Positions 28,355 through 37,049 of a stretch of 64,000 nucleotides of DNA are shown here, piece after piece. Made by a program: the position numbers and the translations under genes. Where the stretch lies: NCBI GenBank assembly GCA_963719165.1, contig CAVRAV010000001.1, positions 1,433,478 through 1,497,477 on the forward strand, given 5' to 3'. Below the pieces are notes generated by a model. That model made no database searches. It worked only from the letters and a program-made list of their open reading frames with translations, and was not told the DNA's origin. Position 1 is the first letter of the stretch. Each line of letters starts with the position of its first letter. Source of the stretch: an uncultured Actinomycetes bacterium. GTDB taxonomy: Bacteria; Actinomycetota; UBA4738; HRBIN12.

Positions 28355-28464
28355 GCGTGATCGTTCTGGGTTGCGTGGATGCTCGTTCTTGCTCTATCGT
28401 GCGCATTTCCGAGCGTAATCGCGCGAAGGAGCGGTGGGAACCACATGCGAGCGAACGGGACCGA
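28355..28464. promoter_or_regulatory. divergent deoR/SIS promoter region with two copies of a GATCGTTCT-type motif (candidate DeoR operators)
   Basis: GTGATCGTTCTGG at 28366-28378 and GATGCTCGTTCTTG at 28388-28401. The identical 11-mer TGATCGTTCTG recurs at 23044-23054, just upstream of the GH4 start. Confidence 0.4.
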
Positions 28465-29334
28465 ATGAACGACATCGAGCGGGAGATCGCGAGCCAGCCG
28501 TCGAGCTGGACGCGCGCCGCATCGATCACATCGGCCTCGCTGCCCGCTCGGGGAGAACGCGTCATCGCGGCGGGCTGCGGCACGTCGTTGTTCATGGCCC
28601 AGGCGTACGCGGGGCTGCGCGAGTCGCGCGGCCTGGGCGAGACGGATGCGGTTGCGGCCTCGGAGTTTCACACGGGACGCACCTACGATCGCGCGGTGCT
28701 CATCTCGCGCAGCGGCACCACCACCGAGATGGCGAGGCTCGCCGAGGACCTGCGCGGGAACACGCCCACGGTGGCGCTCTGCGCGGTGTCCGATGCCCCG
28801 GTCCCCGAGGCGTCCGCCGAGTTCATCTCCCTGGCGTTCGCGGACGAGCGCTCCGTCGTTCAGACGCGCTTCGCGACCACCGCGCTCGCCCTGCTGCGGG
28901 CGCACCTGGGCGAGGACCTCGGGCCGGCCGTCGCGGACGCCGAGCGAGCCCTCGCGGCGCCGCTCCCCGTCGACGTCGACGGGCTCGATCACTTCGTGTT
29001 CCTGGGGCACGGATGGACGAACGGACTCGCCAACGAGGCTGCGCTGAAGCTCCGAGAGGCGGCCCAGGCGCACACGGAGTCCTACCCGGCCATGGAGTAC
29101 CGACACGGTCCCATCAGCCTCGTGGGATCCCACAGCCTGGTGTGGCTCCTCGGCACGCCCGACCCGACGGTGGCCGCCGACGTGCGCGCCGCCGGGGCCT
29201 CGGTGCGCGAGGCCGAGCTCGATCCCATGGCCGAACTCATCCTGATCCAACGCGTGGCGGTGGCGCTGGCCGCGGCCCGCGGGCTCGACCCGGACCATCC
29301 TCGCAACCTGACCCGATCGGTGGTGCTCTCGTGA
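28465..29334 (+). CDS. double-SIS domain sugar-phosphate isomerase/deaminase/deglycase (AgaS / FrlB / GlmS-C-like)
   Basis: IAAGCGTSLFMAQ...LISRSGTTTE (first SIS) and FVFLGHGWTNGLANEAALKLRE (second SIS). The ATG at 28465 is internal to the track ORF. Confidence 0.8.
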   Translation: MNDIEREIASQPSSWTRAASITSASLPARGERVIAAGCGTSLFMAQAYAGLRESRGLGETDAVAASEFHTGRTYDRAVLISRSGTTTEMARLAEDLRGNTPTVALCAVSDAPVPEASAEFISLAFADERSVVQTRFATTALALLRAHLGEDLGPAVADAERALAAPLPVDVDGLDHFVFLGHGWTNGLANEAALKLREAAQAHTESYPAMEYRHGPISLVGSHSLVWLLGTPDPTVAADVRAAGASVREAELDPMAELILIQRVAVALAAARGLDPDHPRNLTRSVVLS

Positions 29335-29360
29335 CCGCCCCGAAGACCTGGAGGTTCTCG

Positions 29361-30686
29361 ATGAAGCGCACGGTGTTCGCCCTCTTCGCAACGTTCGCGG
29401 TGCTCGCGGCGGCATGCACGAGCGGGGGCTCCGACCAGCCGTCAGGCGGCGCTTCGGCGGGTCCCACCGAGATCACGTTGTGGCACGGGTACGGCATCGC
29501 CGGCAAGCCTTTGCCCGGCGGCGTCGTGAACTACGAGGCCAAGTCGATGGACGACCTGATCACGGAGTTCAACTCGACGCATCCGGACATCAAGGTGAAC
29601 AACGTCTACTGCTGCACCAACGACAAGGCGCTCGACAAGCTCACCGTGGCGCTCCAGGGCGGCCAGCAGCCGGACATCACCTACCAGTACGGGACTTCGC
29701 TCCCGCAGATCGCGAACGCCCCCAACGTCATGGACCTCACCGACCGCGTCACCGACCCCGCCTTCGGATGGGACGACTTCTTCCCCGGCGCCCGGGAATC
29801 CTCCACGGTGGACGGTCGTGTGCTCGGCGTCCCGGCCCTCATCGACGACCTCGCCATCGTCTACAACAAGAAGCTCTTCGCGGACGCGGGCATCGCCGAG
29901 CCGACGGTGGACTGGACCTGGGACGACTTCCGAGCGGCCGCGAAGGCGCTCACCGACCCGGCCCAGAAGCGGTTCGGCTGGGCGTTCCCGATCGATGCGT
30001 CGGAGGACACCACGTGGCACTTCGACGCCATGTTGTGGGAGGCCGGAGGGGACATCCTCAACGCGGACAACACGCAGGCGGTCTTCAACCAGGCGCCCGG
30101 CGTGACCGCCCTCGCGATGCTGCGCGACATGGCGGTCACGGACAAGAGCGTGTACCTCGACCCGCAGAACACCGGCAAGATCGACGACCTCTTCAACACC
30201 GGGTCGATCGGCATGCTCGTCACGGGGCCGTGGGCGCTCTCGGCCTATCCCGACGTCAACTACGGCGTGCAGATCATGCCCTCGTTCCCGGGTGGGAACC
30301 ACCAAACGATCAGCGGCCCGGACATGTGGGTGCTCTTCGACAACGGGCAGCAGCGCGCGGATGCGTCCTGGGAGTTCATCAGCTGGTTGACCCAGAAGCA
30401 GCAGATCCAACAGGACGCCATGACGTCGGGTCACCTGCCCACCAAGGCCTCTGTGCTGAAGATCCCCGGCTTCACCAAGGCGTTCAACGACAAGTACCCC
30501 GGCAACGGCTTGTTCGCGGAGAACCTGAACAACGTACTGAAGGCGCGACCCGTGCTGGCCTCCTACGACCAGATCTCCCGTGCCATGGCGGACGCGGTCG
30601 TCTCCGTGCTGATCGACGACAAGGATCCCCAACAGGCGCTGAACGACGCGGCTCAACAGGTGAACGACATCCTGGCTTCGTCCTAG
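29361..30686 (+). CDS. ABC transporter substrate-binding lipoprotein (family-1 sugar-binding)
   Basis: Lipobox LAAACTSGG. Typical carbohydrate SBP length and motifs. Confidence 0.85.
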   Translation: MKRTVFALFATFAVLAAACTSGGSDQPSGGASAGPTEITLWHGYGIAGKPLPGGVVNYEAKSMDDLITEFNSTHPDIKVNNVYCCTNDKALDKLTVALQGGQQPDITYQYGTSLPQIANAPNVMDLTDRVTDPAFGWDDFFPGARESSTVDGRVLGVPALIDDLAIVYNKKLFADAGIAEPTVDWTWDDFRAAAKALTDPAQKRFGWAFPIDASEDTTWHFDAMLWEAGGDILNADNTQAVFNQAPGVTALAMLRDMAVTDKSVYLDPQNTGKIDDLFNTGSIGMLVTGPWALSAYPDVNYGVQIMPSFPGGNHQTISGPDMWVLFDNGQQRADASWEFISWLTQKQQIQQDAMTSGHLPTKASVLKIPGFTKAFNDKYPGNGLFAENLNNVLKARPVLASYDQISRAMADAVVSVLIDDKDPQQALNDAAQQVNDILASS

Positions 30687-30713
30687 GCGGGTCGGCGGAG
30701 GAAGGAGCGGACG

Positions 30714-31613
30714 ATCGGGACCTTCCGGCGGTTCCTGGCGTCCGACCACGCGGCGGGATGGGCGTTCATCCTGCCGTCGGTCGTGTTGATCTTGCTGTTC
30801 GCCCTGTTCCCGATCGGCTGGGGATTCGTGCTGTCGTTCCAGAAGGCCTCGCTGCTGAACCCCGTGCGCCCATTCGTGGGCACGGAGAACTACCAGAAGC
30901 TGTTCACGGACCCCTTCGTCAAGAAGGCCGTGACGAACACGCTGATCTACACGGCGCTGTTCGTCCCGAGCTCGCTGATCCTCGCGCTCGGCGTGGCCTC
31001 CGCCCTGAACCGCAGGATCCGGTTCATCCGCTTCTACCGCCTCGCCGTGTTCGTGCCCGTGGTCGCGTCGACGATCGCCACCGGGATCATGTTCCTGTGG
31101 CTCTTGGACAAGGACTTCGGCCTCGCGAACTGGGCGCTCGGCAAGGTCGGCCTCGGACCGTTCGGGTTCTTCTCCTCGCCGTCACAGGCGCTGCCCTCGC
31201 TCGTCGTGATGACGGTGTGGGGTTGGCTGGGGTTCGACACGATCGTGTACCTCGCGGCGCTCCAGGGCGTCCCTGCCGAGCTCTTGGAGGCCGCGGCCAT
31301 CGACGGAGCGGGCCGCTGGAGCACGTTTCGCAACGTGACGCTCCCGCTGCTCGGGCCGGCCTCGCTCCTGCTCATCGTGTGGTCGACGATCTCCGCGCTC
31401 CAGCTGTTCGACGAGGTGTATTTCGTGACCAAAGGGGGGCCGCTGCACGCGACCGACGTCGTCGTGTACCGGATCTTCATCATGGCCTTCCAGAGCGGAC
31501 TGCCGCTCGCCGGACGAGGTGCGGCGCTCGCGTACCTGCTGTTCGTGGCCATCTTCGTGCTCACGCTGGGCCAGTTCTGGATGGGCAACCGGGTGGTGCA
31601 CTACCAGGCATGA
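30714..31613 (+). CDS. ABC transporter permease (MalF/UgpA-type)
   Basis: EAAxIDGA permease signature. The frame is open from 30687 after a GGAGGAAGGAG Shine-Dalgarno. The first canonical start is GTG at 30783, but this would cut off the cytoplasmic N-tail and TM1, so the start is uncertain (ATC at 30714 or CTG). Confidence 0.75.
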   Translation: MGTFRRFLASDHAAGWAFILPSVVLILLFALFPIGWGFVLSFQKASLLNPVRPFVGTENYQKLFTDPFVKKAVTNTLIYTALFVPSSLILALGVASALNRRIRFIRFYRLAVFVPVVASTIATGIMFLWLLDKDFGLANWALGKVGLGPFGFFSSPSQALPSLVVMTVWGWLGFDTIVYLAALQGVPAELLEAAAIDGAGRWSTFRNVTLPLLGPASLLLIVWSTISALQLFDEVYFVTKGGPLHATDVVVYRIFIMAFQSGLPLAGRGAALAYLLFVAIFVLTLGQFWMGNRVVHYQA

Positions 31614-32494
31614 GCGCCACGGCGATCGATCCACGCACCCTCCCCGGCGAGACCGGGATGGTGGAGCCGCGTCGCCTCGCGTGGCTCCCGTTCAGCCCGT
31701 GGCACCTCCTGCTGTTCCCCATGGCGTTGGTGATGCTCGTGCCCCTCGTGTGGATGGTGGTGACGTCCCTGGAGACCCTGAGCCAGACGCGCCACTTCCC
31801 GCCGATCCTGTGGCCGGGCTCGTTCCAGTGGTCGAACTACCCGGCCGCGCTGCGCTCCGCTCCGTTCGGCAGGTGGTTCTGGAACACCACCGTCGTGACG
31901 TGCGTGGTGGTTGCGAGCAACTTGCTGCTGTGCTCACTGGCCGCCTACGCCTTCGCGCGCATGGAGTTCCTCGGCAAGAAGGTCGTGTACTTCCTGCTGC
32001 TGGCCACGCTGATGGTACCCCTGCAGGTGATCTTGATCCCGACGTTCCTGATCGTGAAGCAACTCGGCCTGGTCAACCACCTCGGGGCGCTGATCGTGCC
32101 GAACCTCGCGAACGTCTTCGGCATCTTCATGCTCACGCAGTTCTTCCGGACCCTTCCCATCGAGCTAGAGGAGGCCGCGCGGATCGACGGCGCCGGGCGG
32201 CTCAAGATCTTCTTCACCATCGTGGTGCCGTTGTCCACCGCGGCGCTCGCGACGCTCGCCGTGATCCAGTTCATGTGGACCTGGAACGACTTCCTGTGGC
32301 CGCTCGTGACGATCTTCAATGAGCAGGCCTACACGCTGCAGCTCGGGTTGCAGAGCTTCCAGGGGTCGCACACCACCGAGTGGAACCTGCTGATGGCCGG
32401 CAACGTGATGAGCATGATCCCGATGCTCGTGCTCTTCGTGGCGGCGCAACGTTGGTTCGTGCGCGGGATCGCGACCCAGGGCCTGAAGGGATGA
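31610..32494 (+). CDS. ABC transporter permease (MalG/UgpE-type)
   Basis: EAARIDGAGRLKIF signature. The ATG overlaps the upstream stop (ATGA). Confidence 0.85.
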   Translation: MSATAIDPRTLPGETGMVEPRRLAWLPFSPWHLLLFPMALVMLVPLVWMVVTSLETLSQTRHFPPILWPGSFQWSNYPAALRSAPFGRWFWNTTVVTCVVVASNLLLCSLAAYAFARMEFLGKKVVYFLLLATLMVPLQVILIPTFLIVKQLGLVNHLGALIVPNLANVFGIFMLTQFFRTLPIELEEAARIDGAGRLKIFFTIVVPLSTAALATLAVIQFMWTWNDFLWPLVTIFNEQAYTLQLGLQSFQGSHTTEWNLLMAGNVMSMIPMLVLFVAAQRWFVRGIATQGLKG

Positions 32495-32524
32495 CGCGCC
32501 GATGAGGACGCGAGGGACGGCGCC

Positions 32525-33649
32525 GTGGCGAACGTAGCGTTCGAGCACGTGAACAAGGTCTATCCCGGACCCACCGTGGCCGTGGAGGACCTCACGCTCG
32601 AGGTCGGCGATGGGGAGTTCCTGATCCTGGTCGGACCCTCAGGCTGCGGCAAGTCCACGGCACTCCGCATGGTCGCCGGCTTGGAGAAGATCTCGAGTGG
32701 AACCGTCTACGTAGACGGCCGCTCGATCAACGACGTGCCCCCCAAAGACCGCGACATCGCGATGGTGTTCCAGAACTACGCCCTCTACCCGCACATGACG
32801 GTGGAGCGGAACCTCGCTTTCGGACTGCGGCAGCGTAAGACCCCGCGCGCCGAGGTCGCTCGACGGGTCGGCGAGGTGAGCGCCACACTCGGGCTCGAGG
32901 AGTTGATGAAGCGCCGGCCCGGCCAGCTCTCGGGTGGGCAGCGCCAGCGTGTCGCGATGGGCCGAGCCCTCGTGCGCGAGCCGAAAGCGTTCCTGCTCGA
33001 CGAACCATTGTCCAACCTCGACGCGAAGCTCCGGGTTCAGATGCGGGCCGAGCTGAAGAAGCTGCACCACCGGCTGGGCATCACCACGATCTACGTCACG
33101 CACGATCAGGTCGAGGCGATGACCCTCGGCGAGCGCATCGCGGTCATGAGCGCGGGACGGTTGCAGCAGATCGGCGTTCCCCAAGACGTCTACGACCGGC
33201 CGGGCAACGTGTTCGTAGCGGGCTTCATCGGCTCCCCTCCGATGAACCTGTTCCAGGGTGCGGCGACCGAGGGCGTCGTGCAGGTGGGGTCGTTCGCGTT
33301 CGAGCGTTCAGGCGTGCGGGACGGCCCGGTCACCGTGGGCGTGCGGCCGGAGGCCTTCCACCCGGCCGCCGCAGACGCCGACGGGCGACCGCGGATCGAG
33401 GCGCTGATCGATGTCGTGGAACCCCTGGGCGACGAGGTCCTGGTGCACGGGACCGTCGATGCTCGTGCGGCGCAGAGCGGCGCCGAGGAGGAGGACGCGA
33501 TGCTGCTCGCCGACACCGGCACCCGGGCTGCGGTGACGGTGCGGCTGGATCCGGGCATGCGACCCGAGCCGGGGGACCGCATGCCGCTCGTGGCCGAGCC
33601 CTCCGCCATCCACCTCTTCGATGTGGAACACGGCGATCGCCTGGGCTGA
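32525..33649 (+). CDS. ABC transporter ATP-binding protein (MalK/MsiK-like)
   Basis: GPSGCGKST Walker A, LSGGQRQRVA signature, and a TOBE C-domain. Confidence 0.9.
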   Translation: MANVAFEHVNKVYPGPTVAVEDLTLEVGDGEFLILVGPSGCGKSTALRMVAGLEKISSGTVYVDGRSINDVPPKDRDIAMVFQNYALYPHMTVERNLAFGLRQRKTPRAEVARRVGEVSATLGLEELMKRRPGQLSGGQRQRVAMGRALVREPKAFLLDEPLSNLDAKLRVQMRAELKKLHHRLGITTIYVTHDQVEAMTLGERIAVMSAGRLQQIGVPQDVYDRPGNVFVAGFIGSPPMNLFQGAATEGVVQVGSFAFERSGVRDGPVTVGVRPEAFHPAAADADGRPRIEALIDVVEPLGDEVLVHGTVDARAAQSGAEEEDAMLLADTGTRAAVTVRLDPGMRPEPGDRMPLVAEPSAIHLFDVEHGDRLG

Positions 33650-33657
33650 TCGTCGCG

Positions 33658-34161
33658 CTAGAGGTCAAGGTACATGCTCAGGGTGAGGACATCGGATCCC
33701 TCCCGGAGCGGCTCGCGATCGTCCTCGTCGAGGGTGAACCCGGCCGATCCGTAGAGGCGACGCGCCGCCGTGTTCCCCTCGGCGATGCGAAGGACCACGC
33801 GCGATGCGCCGCGTTCACGCGCCCAGCCCACCACCGCCTCGACGAGGGCGCGGCCGAGACCGTTCCCCCTCGCCCGGGGTGCCACCCACATCGCGAAGAG
33901 GTTCGCCGCGAGCGGGTCCTCCCCGAAGATCGCGCCGGTGGCGAGGCCGGTGAACGCCGCGTCCGGAACGGGCTCGATCACGAACGTCACGAGGTCCGCT
34001 CCCCACCCCTCCCCCGTGGCCCAGCCTTCCCACCGCCATCGCGGCTGCCCTTCGGTGGCCTCGAGCGTGGACGCGAACGCGTCGGGTGCGTCGCGCAGGG
34101 CGGACAGACGGACGTCCCGCAATCGCTCCCAATCCTGCGGGAGGGCCGCGCGCAGCGTCAC
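33658..34161 (-). CDS. GNAT family N-acetyltransferase
   Basis: VAPRARGNGLGRALV acetyl-CoA motif. The GTG at 34161 overlaps the upstream stop (GTGA). Confidence 0.7.
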   Translation of the reverse strand: MTLRAALPQDWERLRDVRLSALRDAPDAFASTLEATEGQPRWRWEGWATGEGWGADLVTFVIEPVPDAAFTGLATGAIFGEDPLAANLFAMWVAPRARGNGLGRALVEAVVGWARERGASRVVLRIAEGNTAARRLYGSAGFTLDEDDREPLREGSDVLTLSMYLDL

Positions 34162-35153
34162 GAGATGACCCGGACCTCGGCCCGTGCGGCCAGGGCCTCG
34201 GCGCGACCCCGATCCAGACGCCCGGCACCCGGTACCTCGGCGTTCGCGGTAGCGGCCCCCAGCGCGAGCCTGAGCGCACGTGCCCAATCGGCGTCGAGTC
34301 CGGCGGCGAGTCCGGCGGCGAGTCCGGCGTCGAGTCCGGCGGCGAGCCCGGCGTCGAGTCCGACGGCGAGCCCGGCGAGGAAGGCGTCGCCGCTTCCCAC
34401 CGGGTAGCGTCCTCGCACGTAGAGCGTTCCCTCGAAGAGCGTTCCGTCGGGAGTGATGACGACGACGCCGTCCGCCCCGCGCGTGACGATGCCGGCATGG
34501 CCCTCGCCGCCCGCGAGGGCGCGCAACTTCTGCGCCGCCGCGAGCGCGTCGTCGCGGTGCGCGGTGGGAACACCGAGCAACTCGCTCGCTTCGGCGGCGT
34601 TCACCTTCACGACGTCCGGCTCGGCCTCGAGGGCAAGGCGGAGCCGGTCGCCCTCCGAGTCGAGCGCCACCCGCACGCCTGCGGCGCGGGCCTCGGCGAC
34701 AACCGAGCGGTACCCGTCGCCCGGGGTGCCCCGCGGCGTCGATCCGCTGATCGTGAGCCATCCGCCGGGAACCCATGCGTTCGCGGCGGCGTCGACGAGC
34801 TCCACCCACGCGGCCTCCGGAACCTCCGACCCATGCTCGTAGAACTCCGTGAGCCCTCCCGTCTCCCGATCTGCCACGCTCAGCGACGACCGGTTCTCGC
34901 CATGGGTCCACACGCACTCGCACGGGACCCCTTCTGCGCTCAACATGTCCGTGAGCCACTGGCCCGTGTGCCCACGCATCAGGGCGACCGCCCGGACCTC
35001 GGCACCCAAGGCGCTCGCGGCCCGCGCCACGTTCAGCCCCTTGCCGCCCGCGACATCCACGAAGCCCGTCGGACGGTGGATGGCTCCGCGCACCAACCGG
35101 TCGATCTCGAACAGCTTGTCGACCGACGGGTTCGCCGCGAGGCAGACGATCAC
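34158..35153 (-). CDS. 1-phosphofructokinase family hexose-phosphate kinase (FruK/LacC/tagatose-6-P kinase-like, PfkB superfamily)
   Basis: N-terminal IVCLAANPSVDKLFEIDRLVRGAIHR and C-terminal GSGDAF. The ATG overlaps the upstream stop (ATGA). Confidence 0.8.
   Translation of the reverse strand: MIVCLAANPSVDKLFEIDRLVRGAIHRPTGFVDVAGGKGLNVARAASALGAEVRAVALMRGHTGQWLTDMLSAEGVPCECVWTHGENRSSLSVADRETGGLTEFYEHGSEVPEAAWVELVDAAANAWVPGGWLTISGSTPRGTPGDGYRSVVAEARAAGVRVALDSEGDRLRLALEAEPDVVKVNAAEASELLGVPTAHRDDALAAAQKLRALAGGEGHAGIVTRGADGVVVITPDGTLFEGTLYVRGRYPVGSGDAFLAGLAVGLDAGLAAGLDAGLAAGLAAGLDADWARALRLALGAATANAEVPGAGRLDRGRAEALAARAEVRVIS
34291..34378 (-). repeat. in-frame tandem 12-nt coding repeat (GAGTCCGGCGGC/GAGTCCGGCGTC, ~7 units) encoding (AGLD/AGLA)n in the kinase
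   Basis: Visible directly. The protein reads GLAVGLDAGLAAGLDAGLAAGLAAGLDAD. Confidence 0.7.
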
Positions 35154-36088
35154 GCGGCGGATCCTCGCTCGAGCGTTTCGAGGACTTCATCCATGGACGG
35201 CTGCCCTTCGGTGCCGCCCGGGGTGCGTGTCGAGAGCACGCCGCAGGCGTTGCCGATCTCCAAGCAGCGCCGCAGCGGCATGTCGGCGAGCCACGCGGCC
35301 AGGAAGGCGGCGTCGAACGAATCACCCGCTCCGGTCGTGTCGAGGACGCGGCCCGGCATCGCGCGGACGACCGCCGTCTCACCCGTCGTGGATGCCATCG
35401 CGCCGTCCGGCCCTCGCTTCACTACGACCATCGATGCCATAGCGCGCAGCCGCCCCATGGCGTCGTTGAGATCGGAGATGTGCGCGATGCTCATCGCCTC
35501 CATCGCGTTGGGCAGGAACACGTCGACCCGCGGGAGCAGCGCGTTCAACCCGGCGTCCCATCCGCCGTCGGGATCCCAGTTCGGATCCAACGATGTGCTT
35601 CCGCCGCTCGCGTGCACGGCGTCGAAGATCTCTGGGAGATCCGGCTGGAGCGCCCGCTGGAGGAAGTACGAGCTGACGTGGACGTGGCGAGCGGACGCCA
35701 ACAGCTCCGGGTCGATGAGCTCGGCACGGAGGTCCGCCGCGGTGCCGATCGCCGTGAGCATGGCCCGGTCGCCGGGGAGCGAGAAGACCACGGTGAGCCC
35801 CGACGGCCGCACGGGGTCCGTGATCAGCCCGCGGGTGTTCACGCCGTGGCGCGTGAGCTCCTCGCGGAGGTACCGGCCGAAGAGGTCGTCGCCGACCACC
35901 CCGCAGATCGCCACGCGCAGGCCCAGTCTCGCGGCACCGCAAGCGAGGATGGCCCCGGAGCCTCCCACGGTGAGGGTGGCCTCCTCGACGATGCGCTCGG
36001 CCTGACCGAACGCGGGCACGACCTCGCCGCCGCGCAGCACCAGATCCGGGTTCGCGTCGCCCAGAACCAGCAGGTCGAAATCCACCAC
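35150..36088 (-). CDS. PfkB family carbohydrate kinase (ribokinase/fructokinase/ketohexokinase-like)
   Basis: Two-glycine motif and C-terminal TTGAGDSF. GTG start at 36088. Confidence 0.8.
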   Translation of the reverse strand: MVDFDLLVLGDANPDLVLRGGEVVPAFGQAERIVEEATLTVGGSGAILACGAARLGLRVAICGVVGDDLFGRYLREELTRHGVNTRGLITDPVRPSGLTVVFSLPGDRAMLTAIGTAADLRAELIDPELLASARHVHVSSYFLQRALQPDLPEIFDAVHASGGSTSLDPNWDPDGGWDAGLNALLPRVDVFLPNAMEAMSIAHISDLNDAMGRLRAMASMVVVKRGPDGAMASTTGETAVVRAMPGRVLDTTGAGDSFDAAFLAAWLADMPLRRCLEIGNACGVLSTRTPGGTEGQPSMDEVLETLERGSAA

Positions 36089-36175
36089 GTTCCGAGCCTA
36101 CCCGCGAGATCCGTTCAGCGGCAGAGGCAGACGGGCATGGATCATGCGTTGGGCATCCGTCGCTACCATCGACGG

Positions 36176-37042
36176 ATGCGAAGGCGTCCGGAGATCGAGC
36201 TGGCCCACGGCGATATCACCGCACAGAACGTGGACGCGATCGTGAACGCGGCGAACACCGAACTCGTGCCCGGCGGTGGCGTCGACGGAGCCATCGCGCG
36301 CGCGGCCGGGCCGGGGGCGCTCGCCGAGCGTCTTGCCATCGCGCAGGAGCGCGGCCACCCGCCGCTCGCCACCGGTGAGGCCATCGCCACGAGTGGGGGC
36401 GATCTTCCCGCCCGCTGGATCATCCACACCGCCGGTCCGGTCTACTCCGGAACCGAACGCGATCGGGGGTTGCTCACGGCAAGTCACCGGTCCTGCCTGC
36501 GCGTGGCGGATGAACTGGGCGCCCGGGTCGTCGCTTTCCCCGCCATCTCGACGGGCGTCTACGGCTACCCGCTCGAGCTCGCTGCGCCGATCGCGATCGG
36601 CGCCGTGCTAGAAGCCGAGACGGCGGTTCGGCGGGTCCGCTTCGTCTTGTTCGACACGGTCGCCCTGGAGGCGTTTCGGACCTCGCTGGTAGCATCCGGA
36701 ACTGCGATGGGCGACGAACTCTCCAGCGTCAAGGGCGTCTACGACCGGCTGGGTCAGATCCAGCTGGTGGACTGTCGCGAGCCGTACGAATGGGAAGCGG
36801 GGCGCGTGAAGGGCGCCGTCCACATCCCCCTCAACGACATCATGGCCGGAGCAGGCAAGGACCTGGACAAGAATAGGTCCGTGGCCGTGATCTGCCGTTC
36901 CGGCAACCGCAGCGAGCTCGCCACGATGATGCTGCAAGCGCGAGGGTTCGAGGCGCACAACGTCGAAGGCGGGATGGAGGCGTGGGCCGCAGAGGGCCTT
37001 CCCTTCGAAGCCGCGGACGGCTCGCCGGGAAGCGTGGCCTGA
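36176..37042 (+). CDS. macro domain (O-acetyl-ADP-ribose deacetylase-like) fused to a single-domain rhodanese sulfurtransferase
   Basis: Macro: GDITAQNVDAIVNAANTELVPGGGVDGAIARAAG...IIHTAGPVY...AFPAISTGVYGYP. Rhodanese: IQLVDCREPYEWEAGRVKGAVHIPL...VAVICRSGNRSE with the catalytic Cys. A single continuous frame. The ATG could be 36137 or 36176. Confidence 0.75.
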   Translation: MRRRPEIELAHGDITAQNVDAIVNAANTELVPGGGVDGAIARAAGPGALAERLAIAQERGHPPLATGEAIATSGGDLPARWIIHTAGPVYSGTERDRGLLTASHRSCLRVADELGARVVAFPAISTGVYGYPLELAAPIAIGAVLEAETAVRRVRFVLFDTVALEAFRTSLVASGTAMGDELSSVKGVYDRLGQIQLVDCREPYEWEAGRVKGAVHIPLNDIMAGAGKDLDKNRSVAVICRSGNRSELATMMLQARGFEAHNVEGGMEAWAAEGLPFEAADGSPGSVA

Positions 37043-37049
37043 GCACTCC

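Noticed and set aside
33658-35382. 574-aa minus ORF and the plus-strand ORFs 34086-36005 / 35480-37042 (5' parts)
   Set aside because: Composite or antisense frames across the GNAT and kinase genes. Only the 3' 288 codons of the 35480-37042 frame (the macro-rhodanese gene) are real.
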